Shown: positions 8,071 through 16,355 of the stretch, one piece after another | Numbering within the stretch: position 1 is the stretch's first letter | Layout: each line of letters starts with the position of its first letter | Origin: Archaeoglobaceae archaeon | Lineage (GTDB): Archaea; Halobacteriota; Archaeoglobi; Archaeoglobales; Archaeoglobaceae | Direction: 5' to 3' | Assembly (NCBI GenBank): GCA_038893835.1 | Contig: JAWAQR010000025.1 | Coordinates: 1-17,954, forward strand | DNA: 17,954 bases | Translations under genes and position numbers: made by a program | Notes under the pieces: model-generated | What the model was told of the DNA's origin: nothing | Seen by the model: only the letters and a program-made list of their open reading frames with translations | Databases searched by the model: none

Positions 8071-9481
8071 GGAATTCGAGTACATCTTTGAAGACGTGAA
8101 GATAAAGCCCAGCAATGCTCCAAAGTTCATATTGAATGGAAAAGAGGTTGATATTTGGGATGAGGAATTTAAGGAATATCATTCAAAGAGCATAGTCGAT
8201 TATGTTCGCGAAAATTTAATTCGTTATGAGCAAATGCAACTCGATCCATTTAGCGAAATAGTTGGAAAGAGGGTGGAAAAGGAGCTCGTAAAAACGGCTT
8301 TGATGAGTGGTTCCAACATACTTTTTAAAGGAAAGAAAGGGTATGGAAAGACCACATTCTCCAAAAGCATTTTAAAATTACTCCCTGAAAAAATTCTGGC
8401 AATAAAGGGTTGTAAAATACACGACGATCCGACTCAGCCAGTTTGCTTTTCCTGCAAAAGGAAAGTTCTCGAGGAAGAGGTTGTAGAACTAACTTTTATT
8501 CCTAGAAAATGGATTCGCATTCCAGGAGATCCAATGATGACGACTAGACAGCTTATAGGAGGTATAAGCATTCAGAAAATAAAAGAAGGTTACGATTTGG
8601 ATCATCCGGAAGTTTTCACACCTGGCAGAGTTTTAAAAGCGCATAGAGGTATCGCTTACTTTGATGAACTCGGCTCGATACCTTCAGCGCTACAGACACT
8701 CCTTCATGAACTGTTCGAGGAGAAGCAAATAACAACGCCTGAGGGAGATATAGTTCCAATGAGGATCGATGCCCTGATAATAGCTTCTACAAATCCGGCG
8801 AATTACAAGGGTGTTTCAGACATAAAGGAGCCCTTGTTGGATAGAATGGAGCAAATAGACATAGGACCACCTGAAACGATTGAGGAAGAGATAGAGATTG
8901 GACTGAGAAACATGAGCTTAAAGAAGGGAGCGAAGATACCTGAATGGCATCTGAAAATACTCACGAATACCGTTAGATGTATGAGAAGCAAGAACTGCAG
9001 ATTTGCGAATAGAATCGAAGTGGAGCCTAGCTGTAGAGCCACAATAAAGCTTTTTGACCATGTAAGAGCTTCTGCAACAAGAAAGGGGCATGAAGCTGTA
9101 ATGCTTTCAGATTATGGTGAAAAATTTGAAATCGTTAAGCTTGCCTTAAGGAGCAGATTTGAGGTTGACTACGATGCTGAAGTTTCAAAGGATGAAATCG
9201 TTGAAGCAGTTTTAAACGACTCAATTGACTCAGTTTGCAGTTCCATCTATGCTTCAATTCCCAGAAACATCTTTGGCGAGATAATTGAAAAGATTGCAGA
9301 GATGAAGGTTGTGAACGTTTACAAGGCAGACGGATTATCGCAATTCGTCACTTCCATGTGCAAGGATAGCAGCGAAACAAAATCGGCATTGGAAATCCTT
9401 TTAGAGTCAATTGCGAGGTGTTCTGGTCTGATTGAAAGAATAGGAGATGGAATTTATGCTTATAAAGCCTATGATAGATAA
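8069..9481 (+). CDS. AAA+ ATPase, ChlI/BchI (Mg-chelatase subunit I)/MoxR-like
   Basis: Walker A GKKGYGKT, ChlI-type Cys insert GCKIHDDP..PVCFSC, PGRVLKAHRGIAYFDE (Walker B), sensor-1 ASTNP, Arg finger PLLDRM and sensor-2 SCRAT. Confidence 0.88.
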   Translation: MEFEYIFEDVKIKPSNAPKFILNGKEVDIWDEEFKEYHSKSIVDYVRENLIRYEQMQLDPFSEIVGKRVEKELVKTALMSGSNILFKGKKGYGKTTFSKSILKLLPEKILAIKGCKIHDDPTQPVCFSCKRKVLEEEVVELTFIPRKWIRIPGDPMMTTRQLIGGISIQKIKEGYDLDHPEVFTPGRVLKAHRGIAYFDELGSIPSALQTLLHELFEEKQITTPEGDIVPMRIDALIIASTNPANYKGVSDIKEPLLDRMEQIDIGPPETIEEEIEIGLRNMSLKKGAKIPEWHLKILTNTVRCMRSKNCRFANRIEVEPSCRATIKLFDHVRASATRKGHEAVMLSDYGEKFEIVKLALRSRFEVDYDAEVSKDEIVEAVLNDSIDSVCSSIYASIPRNIFGEIIEKIAEMKVVNVYKADGLSQFVTSMCKDSSETKSALEILLESIARCSGLIERIGDGIYAYKAYDR

Positions 9482-10646
9482 GCCGGAATGCAAGATCTGT
9501 AAACAAGAGAATCCACTTCAGAACTTCGTCGAAGATATGCTTTACTCTCTCTTCAATCCATACCACAGGGATAGCGGTAAACTCGATCTCTACGATTTCT
9601 TGAAGAAATACTTGGGAGATGAGCTTCCATTGCAAGATCTAAGCAGATACACTGGACTTTACAGCAGTTACTGGGTGAGAAATTTGGACAGACTTAGAGA
9701 AATCAGAAAACATGCTTGGCAGGATTTGAAGGAAAAGATAAGGAGAGGAGAAATAAAAAGGGAAGATATAAGCATGAGTCAGCTTGTTGAGCTGTTTTTT
9801 GAAGAAATAGTTGAAGAACTTGAAAAAATGGGTTATGTGGAAAGCTATGAGGGGAGATTTCACAAGAAGACAATTAAATACAAGGCGATAGCCGAGAAGA
9901 TAATAGGTGATAAAATACTTTCAATTGCGCTCGAAAACTTGGAAAAGAGAAAGACTGGTGAAGAAATCACAGAAAAAGAGGGAGTTTCGATATTTTTGTC
10001 TGAGAAAATAGTAGAATTTGATGAAAGCATTCATAGCTTTGACAACATTGACATAGTTGAGACTTTTATCCAATCAACGCTGAAAAAGAAGGGAGATTTC
10101 GACGAATTAGTTGCAAGAGCATCGAAACATGCTGAGAAATGCTCTTATGTAATGCTAATTGATATAAGTGATTCGATGAGGGGGAAGAAGATAATTGGGG
10201 CAATAGAAGCTGGAATTGCGCTGAAAAGGGCTATAAAAAGGAGAGGTAATGGAGAGCTGGAAATAGTTGCTTTTAACCATAAAGTTTCGAGGATAAAGGG
10301 GGCCGACATTCTAAATCTTGAGCCAAAAGGCAGAACCGATATCGGTCTTGCTTTAAAGATGGCTAGAGAAATTCTTTCGGGAAAAAGTGGGAGTAGAATA
10401 GTTTTCCTAATCTCCGACGGTGAGCCGACGGCGAGTTACAATCCACAGCTAACTCCATGGCTATGCGCTTTAAAGGAAGCGAGAATGCTCAGAAACATTG
10501 ATGCAAGACTGCATATAGCAATGTTTGGAAATGAAAAAAGATTCGTCGATCTCTGTAAATCGATGGCTAAGTTATGCGGAAAGTCGAGTGTTTTTCACTT
10601 CTCCGATCCCCTAAATCTAAAACGCTATGTGCTGCACAGATTTTAA
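9447..10646 (+). CDS. vWA (MIDAS) domain protein, partner of the upstream AAA+ ATPase
   Basis: C-terminal vWA with DISDS (DxSxS), GRTDIGLAL and LISDGEPT. The N-terminal region is helical and contains CKIC. Overlaps the ATPase stop; the true start may be ATG 9471. Confidence 0.87.
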   Translation: MEFMLIKPMIDKPECKICKQENPLQNFVEDMLYSLFNPYHRDSGKLDLYDFLKKYLGDELPLQDLSRYTGLYSSYWVRNLDRLREIRKHAWQDLKEKIRRGEIKREDISMSQLVELFFEEIVEELEKMGYVESYEGRFHKKTIKYKAIAEKIIGDKILSIALENLEKRKTGEEITEKEGVSIFLSEKIVEFDESIHSFDNIDIVETFIQSTLKKKGDFDELVARASKHAEKCSYVMLIDISDSMRGKKIIGAIEAGIALKRAIKRRGNGELEIVAFNHKVSRIKGADILNLEPKGRTDIGLALKMAREILSGKSGSRIVFLISDGEPTASYNPQLTPWLCALKEARMLRNIDARLHIAMFGNEKRFVDLCKSMAKLCGKSSVFHFSDPLNLKRYVLHRF

Positions 10647-11377
10647 AGCAATTCCTCTTTGGAATAAACCACTATCCCCTTGTTCGTTATTTCAAAGGGA
10701 TGGATCTTTTTGCTGTGATTCGTTCCACGCATTTTGAAGATTTCAAGGCTTCTCACTCTTGTATTCTCCACTCTGTTATAGTAAAGCACAATTGTTCCTT
10801 CAACGACGAAGTTCTCAACTCCAAATCTACTTATTTTATCTGGACCATTCTCTATTACCTCGCACGTCAATATCGAAGTCAGACCGAGTATTTCCATCGT
10901 GGTCGAAATCTTCAGCAGCTCTATTCTGAACTTTGAGGGATCTCCAATTATGAAACCTATCGAGGTTGTTGAATCAATTGCAGCCCTCTTAGCCTCTATT
11001 TCATCCTGGATCGTTATTATTCGATCTAGCAAACTCCTTATATCGAGTGGGCGGACGTCTACGTATTTTTCATCAGATGGTATTCCAATCTTTGTAGAGG
11101 TTGCATCTAGTATTGCCAGCATGTTCTCGTCCTCGTATTTCTCCAAATCCCAGCCAAAGCTGATAAAATGCTCTCTCAAATGCTGCGGTCTCTCCTCAGT
11201 TGCAACGAATATCCCAGGTTCGTCGAACATCTCTATACCATTTACTAAAAACTGCATCGCAAAAACGGTTTTTCCAGAACCGGAAGGCCCAGAAACTAGG
11301 TAACTTCTATTCCTCAGCAATCCTCCCTCACAGAGCTCATCAAAACCAGGTATACCCGTAGGTACCCTTTCAAGCAT
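10643..11377 (-). CDS. Single-domain KaiC/RAD55-like RecA-superfamily ATPase
   Basis: RVPTGIPGFDEL, Walker A GPSGSGKT, catalytic TEE, Walker B AAIDS and RSLEIFKMRGTNH. 244 aa, so one domain only. Confidence 0.92.
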   Translation of the reverse strand: MLERVPTGIPGFDELCEGGLLRNRSYLVSGPSGSGKTVFAMQFLVNGIEMFDEPGIFVATEERPQHLREHFISFGWDLEKYEDENMLAILDATSTKIGIPSDEKYVDVRPLDIRSLLDRIITIQDEIEAKRAAIDSTTSIGFIIGDPSKFRIELLKISTTMEILGLTSILTCEVIENGPDKISRFGVENFVVEGTIVLYYNRVENTRVRSLEIFKMRGTNHSKKIHPFEITNKGIVVYSKEELL

Positions 11378-11392
11378 TGCTTATCACTACAA

Positions 11393-11418
11393 TTTTTAAA
11401 ACCTTAAAGCTTATATTA
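11393..11418. promoter_or_regulatory. Overlapping divergent promoters for the kaiC-like gene and fbp
   Basis: 61-bp AT-rich gap. AAAGCTTATATTA (11406-11418) ends 20 nt before the fbp ATG. TATA-like strings (TAATATAAG, CTTTAAGG, TTTTAAAA) also occur on the minus strand. Confidence 0.5.
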
Positions 11419-11438
11419 TTTACGCAGGATTAGAAGCC

Positions 11439-12545
11439 ATGAGAATCACTGTCTCTCTTATTAAAGCAGATGTCGGTAGCGTTGCTGGGCATGTGATAGT
11501 TGCGGATGAAATAAAAGCAATTGCGGAAGAAATGCTAAAAAAAGCTGTTGAGAATGGGATAATAATAGATTTTCGCGTTTTTAATGCTGGAGATGACTTG
11601 GAATTGCTGATGACGCATAGAAAGGGGGTAGACAACGAGGAAATCCACGGCCTTGCATGGGAGGTATTTAAAAAGTGTGCTGAAAAAGCAAAAGAGTTAA
11701 AGCTTTACGGTGCTGGACAAGATTTGCTAAAAGATGCTTTTTCTGGAAATGTAAGAGGGCTTGGTCCTGGTGTTGCTGAAATGGAATTCACAGAGCGAAA
11801 ATCGGAGCCAATAGTAGCTTTTATGATGGATAAAACAGAGCCAGGAGCTTTCAATTTGCCAATCTTCAGAATATTCGCAGATCCCTTTAACACCGCAGGT
11901 TTGGTCATAGATCCTTCGATGCACTCTGGCTTCATTTTCGAAATCTGGGATATAGTTGAGCATAGAAGGGTTTTCATGAAAAGTCCTGAGGAGATGTACA
12001 GTATATTAGCATTGATAGGTGGGAAAAGCAGGTTTGTAATAAAGAGAGTTTATCCAAAGCCGGGAAAGCTACCTGAAAATGAACCGGTAGCAGTTGTGAG
12101 TACTGAAAAACTTTATCAGGTTGCTGGAGAATACGTTGGAAAGGATGATCCAGTTGCATTGATAAGAGCGCAAAGTGGTCTGCCTGCAATAGGGGAGATC
12201 TTGGAAGCATTCGCCTTTCCACACTTGGTAAGTGGATGGATGAGGGGAAGCCATAATGGACCAATAATGCCTGTTCCATTTAGATACGCTAAATGCACTC
12301 GCTTTGATGGCCCACCAAGGTGCATCGCAGCAGGTTTTCAGCTGTGCAATGGAAAACTCATAGGACCCATCGATCTCTTCGATGATCCAGCTTTTGATTA
12401 CACGAGGAACAAGGCAATGGAAGTTGCAGAATACATGAGAAGACATGGACCCTTTGAACCCCATAGGCTTTCGGCAGAAGAAATGGAATATACAACTCTT
12501 CCAAAAGTGTTGGAGATGCTCAAAAACAGATTTGAGAAGATATGA
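11439..12545 (+). CDS. fbp: Bifunctional fructose-1,6-bisphosphate aldolase/phosphatase (class V FBPase)
   Basis: SLIKADVG..GH, GDDLELLMTH, LYGAGQDLLKDAFSGNVRG, DKTEPGAFN, YVGKDDP (Schiff-base Lys), GWMRGSH and MEYTTLP. Confidence 0.97.
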   Translation: MRITVSLIKADVGSVAGHVIVADEIKAIAEEMLKKAVENGIIIDFRVFNAGDDLELLMTHRKGVDNEEIHGLAWEVFKKCAEKAKELKLYGAGQDLLKDAFSGNVRGLGPGVAEMEFTERKSEPIVAFMMDKTEPGAFNLPIFRIFADPFNTAGLVIDPSMHSGFIFEIWDIVEHRRVFMKSPEEMYSILALIGGKSRFVIKRVYPKPGKLPENEPVAVVSTEKLYQVAGEYVGKDDPVALIRAQSGLPAIGEILEAFAFPHLVSGWMRGSHNGPIMPVPFRYAKCTRFDGPPRCIAAGFQLCNGKLIGPIDLFDDPAFDYTRNKAMEVAEYMRRHGPFEPHRLSAEEMEYTTLPKVLEMLKNRFEKI

Positions 12546-13135
12546 AGTTTTTTTTCTGGAGAAAACTGATGAACGACGATAAGATCGAATATCTTAAGAA
12601 GTGCAGCATCGGGATAGTTGGAAGCAGATTACTGCTAGAAATTTTGTGGCGGAGCGGTGTTGGATGTATACGTTACATTTCCGATTACGTGACAACTTTT
12701 GATACGCTTTACGACTGTTCAATAAATCCTTTGGAAGCAAACAACTATGATGTGGTCCACCCAAAGTCGGATGATAGTTGTGTGATCTCATACTTATATC
12801 CAGAAAGCAAGTCGGAGTTGAGAAAACTTCTTAGAGGAGTAGATCTTATCGTTGCGCACAAGCATATGGCTGAAGTTGCAGAAGTTGCTGAAGAAATCGG
12901 AGCCCCATTCATTCCAGATATAATCACTGTCTTTCTTCCCGATGGTGTGAGTTTTAAGGAAGTCGAATATCCGCAAATCGAAAGGGATCCTGTGAGTTAT
13001 ACAATAACTTGTGGCTTTCAGGCTCTGGAAATCATGAGAATATTCGCTGGAATAAAGCCCGTAATAGCTCCAGAGGCGATGATAGTGGATTTAAAGGAGG
13101 GGGTTAAGAGAATATGGCTGAAGACCTTGGTTTAA
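12542..13135 (+). CDS. Degenerate ThiF/MoeB/E1-like protein (hypothetical)
   Basis: LKKCSIGIVGS...ILWRSGVGCIRYI and CGFQALEIMRIFAG align by eye to the ThiF/MoeB N- and C-terminal elements. The GxGxxG loop, SNLxRQ and CxxC motifs are absent. ATGA overlap with fbp; alternative start at 12569. Confidence 0.7.
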   Translation: MKFFFWRKLMNDDKIEYLKKCSIGIVGSRLLLEILWRSGVGCIRYISDYVTTFDTLYDCSINPLEANNYDVVHPKSDDSCVISYLYPESKSELRKLLRGVDLIVAHKHMAEVAEVAEEIGAPFIPDIITVFLPDGVSFKEVEYPQIERDPVSYTITCGFQALEIMRIFAGIKPVIAPEAMIVDLKEGVKRIWLKTLV

Positions 13136-14931
13136 AGATCGGGATCGAGATACACCAGCAGCTAGATACGAAGGAGAAATTATTTTGCAGATGTCCGACA
13201 GAGGGAGGGAGAGAAATCTTTGAAATAAGGAGGTATCTAAGGCTGAAGAGAAGCGAAATGGGGGAAGAAGATAGAGCTGCTAGAGAAGAAGTTGAGAGAG
13301 GAAGACAGTTCATTTACAAATTCCACGACACAACATGTCTAGTAGAAGCGGATGAAGAGCCACCGACTGAAATAAATAAAGAAGCTCTTAAGATTGCAAT
13401 TCAGGTTGCGAAGATGCTGAAAATGTATATCTTCGACGAAGTTCATGTGATGAGGAAGATCGTGATCGATGGAAGTAATACAACAGGATTCCAAAGAACT
13501 GCTTTGATAGCAGTAGATGGAGAGATTGAAGTTTTTGGAGAGAAAATAGGGATAGCAACTCTTTGTTTGGAAGAGGAGGCATGCAAGAAGATAGAAGAGG
13601 GAGAAGGGTTTGTAACGTATTCTCTAGACCGTCTTGGAATTCCTCTAATCGAGATAGGAACAAAAGCTGAAATTAGAAGCCCAAAAATGGCGAAAGAAGT
13701 GGCAAAGAAGATTGGAATGATTCTAAGATCTACTGGAAAGGTTAAGAGAGGAATAGGAACCATTAGACAGGACATTAATGTGAGCATAAGGGATGGTGCT
13801 AGAGTGGAGATAAAGGGGGTTCAGGAATTGGATATAATAGACAAGATCGTGGAATTCGAAGTTGTTAGACAGTTAAACTTGCTTAAAATAAGAGAAGAAC
13901 TCAGAAAGAAAAATGCGGAAGTTGTTGAAAGAATATTCGATGTCACTGAAATCTTTAGAAACACGGCTTGCAGAGTTTTGAAGAACAAAAAAGTCAAAGC
14001 GATCCTTCTTAAAAACTTTTCAGGATTAATTGGAAAAGAGATTCAGCCAGGAAGAAGACTTGGAACAGAGTTTGCTGATATCGCAAGAAGTTACGGGCTT
14101 GGAGGAATATTTCACACCGATGAATTGCCGGGTTATGGAATAGTGGCTGAAGAGGTTTTGAAGCTCAGAGATTTCGTTGGTGCTAGAGAAGGAGATGCAG
14201 TAATCCTAGCCGCTGGAAAAGATGAGAGAGTTGATAGGGCTTTGGCCAGGATAATAGAGAGGGCAAAATACTGTCTTTTAGGAGTACCGGAAGAAACTAG
14301 AAAGGCGAATGAGGATGGAACAACTTCCTATCTCCGCCCATTACCTGGAGCTGCGAGGATGTATCCAGAGACAGACGTTCCTCCTGTAATTACTAAGGAT
14401 TTCTTGGACGTAGAAATCCCAGAACTTATTGAAGAAAGAGCGAGGAGGTATGAGAAATATCTCCCAGCTGATTTGGCCTTTGAAATTGCGGACTCGAATT
14501 ACTACAGAATTTTCGAAGAATTCTGCGAATCCTTGCCTCCAACAGTTGTTGCAAGGGTCTTGTATGTGATTCCAAAGGAGTTAAAGAGGGAGAAAATCAA
14601 CGTTGACTCTCTTGAAGAAAAACATTTCAGAACGGTTCTTGAACTTTTAAAGGAAGGTAAAATCGCTAAAGAAGGAGCTGAAAGTGTGTTTAGAATTCTT
14701 TTGGAGAATCCAAACGCAAGTAAGGAGGAGATCCTTGCAAAGTTGAGCCCTAAATTAGATTTAGATGAATTTATAAAAAGACTGGTTGAAAGTAAGAAGG
14801 ATTTAATAAGGGAAAAGGGAGAGATGGCTTTTAAACCACTGATGGGAATTGTCATGGCAGAATTTAGGGGAAAAGTTGATGGAAGAATAGTTGCGGAAAA
14901 GCTGAAAGAAGCAATAAGAAAAGCAATATAA
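13114..14931 (+). CDS. gatE: Glutamyl-tRNA(Gln) amidotransferase subunit E
   Basis: GIEIHQQL, KLFCRC, CLVEADEEPP, MRKIVIDGSNTTGFQRT, LDRLGIPLIEI, GIGTIRQD, FHTDELP and RPLPGAARMYPETDVP. Upstream SD AAGGAGG. Confidence 0.97.
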   Translation: MAEDLGLKIGIEIHQQLDTKEKLFCRCPTEGGREIFEIRRYLRLKRSEMGEEDRAAREEVERGRQFIYKFHDTTCLVEADEEPPTEINKEALKIAIQVAKMLKMYIFDEVHVMRKIVIDGSNTTGFQRTALIAVDGEIEVFGEKIGIATLCLEEEACKKIEEGEGFVTYSLDRLGIPLIEIGTKAEIRSPKMAKEVAKKIGMILRSTGKVKRGIGTIRQDINVSIRDGARVEIKGVQELDIIDKIVEFEVVRQLNLLKIREELRKKNAEVVERIFDVTEIFRNTACRVLKNKKVKAILLKNFSGLIGKEIQPGRRLGTEFADIARSYGLGGIFHTDELPGYGIVAEEVLKLRDFVGAREGDAVILAAGKDERVDRALARIIERAKYCLLGVPEETRKANEDGTTSYLRPLPGAARMYPETDVPPVITKDFLDVEIPELIEERARRYEKYLPADLAFEIADSNYYRIFEEFCESLPPTVVARVLYVIPKELKREKINVDSLEEKHFRTVLELLKEGKIAKEGAESVFRILLENPNASKEEILAKLSPKLDLDEFIKRLVESKKDLIREKGEMAFKPLMGIVMAEFRGKVDGRIVAEKLKEAIRKAI

Positions 14932-14942
14932 AAATAAATAAT

Positions 14943-15101
14943 TTATTCAATTTTTTCGAATTGGTCCTTCGTAGCCCCGCAAATTGGGCAAACCCAGTCT
15001 TCTGGCAAATCTTCCCATTTGGTCCCTGGAGGAACTCCGCTTTCGGGATCCCCTTCATCCTCGTTGTAAACGTAGCCACAAACTGTGCACTGATATTTCA
15101 T
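14943..15101 (-). CDS. Rubredoxin (52 aa; absent from the supplied ORF track)
   Basis: Manual translation [52 protein letters not shown], with two CxxCG knuckles and the canonical GDP..G.PPGT.W.DLP.DW core. SD GGTGG is 4 nt upstream. Confidence 0.97.
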   Translation of the reverse strand: MKYQCTVCGYVYNEDEGDPESGVPPGTKWEDLPEDWVCPICGATKDQFEKIE

Positions 15102-15128
15102 TCAACCACCGGTAAAAACCTGCTGAAA

Positions 15129-15142
15129 AAGTATATATACTT
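15129..15142. promoter_or_regulatory. Palindromic TATA box, candidate bidirectional promoter
   Basis: Perfect 14-bp palindrome AAGTATATATACTT centred about 35 nt from both the rubredoxin ATG (15101) and the mgtE TTG (15172). Confidence 0.65.
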
Positions 15143-15171
15143 GTTGATGTTTTGAAAGTTGGGGGATATTT

Positions 15172-16353
15172 TTGGCAGTTACAATCCCGAGCAGAGAGCT
15201 GAATTTCGGGATTGCAGTTAAAAAAATCGTCCCTATTCTCTATCTCTGCTTGTTTTTTGATCTTTTTGCAGGTATTTTTCTTGGAATAAATTTTGAGAAG
15301 ATGATGGAGAATTATCCATATTTGCTCATAATCTTACCTGGTCTAATGGGTCTTCGCGGAAACATCTTCGGTTCCCTTTGCTCTAGACTTTCAACCGCCT
15401 TATACCTTGGCTCTTCAGAACCCAGTTTTAGGGATAGTTACGTATACAAGAATGCATTCTTTTCAATCTGGGCTTCTGTAGTTCCTCTTATCGTGCTTCT
15501 GATCGTTGGATTTCTTAAAATTCGAGACCTGGATGGCTTTATAGCTTCTATACAGATTTTAATTCCATCTGCGATTCTAATTGGTATTTTTTTATCTTTC
15601 TCTTCAGTTTTAATTGTCATAACAGCATTTAAAAGATCCGTAGATCCTGATTCGATTTCAGGGCCAATGATAACTTCCATTGCAGACTTAGTAACAATTC
15701 CATCGCTGGTAATCTTCATTCAATTCTTCGAATCTGGTATGATCATCCCAATTATGATATTTTCTTTAATCCTTCTCGCAATCTTCATCCTCTTCTCTCT
15801 TGGATCAGAATACAGAAAAATTCGACTGGAAGTAATATCAATAGTGACAATTCTTGCGATTTTTCAGAGCTTTACTGGTAGTTTTTTGGAGGAATTCTCA
15901 AAAATCGTTTATCTTAGCTTTTTCATGAGCTTCGCATATCCGGCGATAATAGATACGCTTGGTAACTATGGAACCATAATAGTTGCAAGAACTTCTACAA
16001 AGCTAAATCTCGGAGAGATTGAAAGCAGAAATTTGAAGGAAATCTTAAGTGATTTGAAGGCAATTTTACCAACATCTTTACTCATTTTTCCCTTCATTTC
16101 CTTTGCTCCAATTCTCCTTAGTGCCTTCTTCTTTGACGTAATGATCTTTAACCCAATACCAATGACAATTTTTTTCCTTTCCTTTCCAGTCATCGTTTTT
16201 TTCATCATCGCTATGGCATTCTATCTAGCACTTCTTTTACAGACATTCAAGATCGATCCAGACAACGGTGGAATTCCCCTTGTAACCACGCTGGCAGATT
16301 TGGTGGGTACAATTTACGCCGTTGCAGTAGCTTTAATCTTCATCTCGATCTAA
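15172..16353 (+). CDS. MgtE/SLC41-family divalent cation (Mg2+) transporter with duplicated membrane domain
   Basis: Two repeats: PGLMGLRGNIFG...DPDSISGPMITSIADL and PAIIDTLGNYG...DPDNGGIPLVTTLADL. No CBS domains. TTG start preceded by GGGGGA. Confidence 0.88.
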   Translation: MAVTIPSRELNFGIAVKKIVPILYLCLFFDLFAGIFLGINFEKMMENYPYLLIILPGLMGLRGNIFGSLCSRLSTALYLGSSEPSFRDSYVYKNAFFSIWASVVPLIVLLIVGFLKIRDLDGFIASIQILIPSAILIGIFLSFSSVLIVITAFKRSVDPDSISGPMITSIADLVTIPSLVIFIQFFESGMIIPIMIFSLILLAIFILFSLGSEYRKIRLEVISIVTILAIFQSFTGSFLEEFSKIVYLSFFMSFAYPAIIDTLGNYGTIIVARTSTKLNLGEIESRNLKEILSDLKAILPTSLLIFPFISFAPILLSAFFFDVMIFNPIPMTIFFLSFPVIVFFIIAMAFYLALLLQTFKIDPDNGGIPLVTTLADLVGTIYAVAVALIFISI

Positions 16354-16355
16354 AA

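Noticed and set aside
8069-9481. True magnesium chelatase / chlorophyll synthesis
   Set aside because: There is no ChlH or other tetrapyrrole gene in the window and the context is a non-phototrophic archaeon. Only the AAA+ family resemblance is supported.
10643-11377. Circadian clock KaiC or RadA/RadB recombinase
   Set aside because: Single domain, no Ser-Thr phosphosites, no kaiA/kaiB in the window and no RadA N-terminal domain.
11382-11398. TATCAC upstream of fbp resembling the Thermococcales TGM (TATCAC-N5-GTGATA) TrmB-like site
   Set aside because: The second half-site is absent (TTTTTA). On the minus strand GTGATA is better explained as the SD of the kaiC-like gene.
12869-12895. Short tandem repeat GCTGAAGTT/GCAGAAGTT/GCTGAAGAA
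   Set aside because: It encodes an ordinary helix (AEVAEVAEE). Too short and has no spacers, so not CRISPR-like.
1857-13135. JAMM plus ThiF-like gene as a CBASS/Bil-type ubiquitin-like defence operon
   Set aside because: The two genes are more than 10 kb apart in separate housekeeping operons. No E2, Ubl or cyclase gene is present and the E1-like protein lacks catalytic motifs.
14864-15155. ORF-track entries 14864..15079 (-) and 14961..15155 (+)
   Set aside because: Both are shadows of the real rubredoxin gene at 14943-15101 in another frame or strand.
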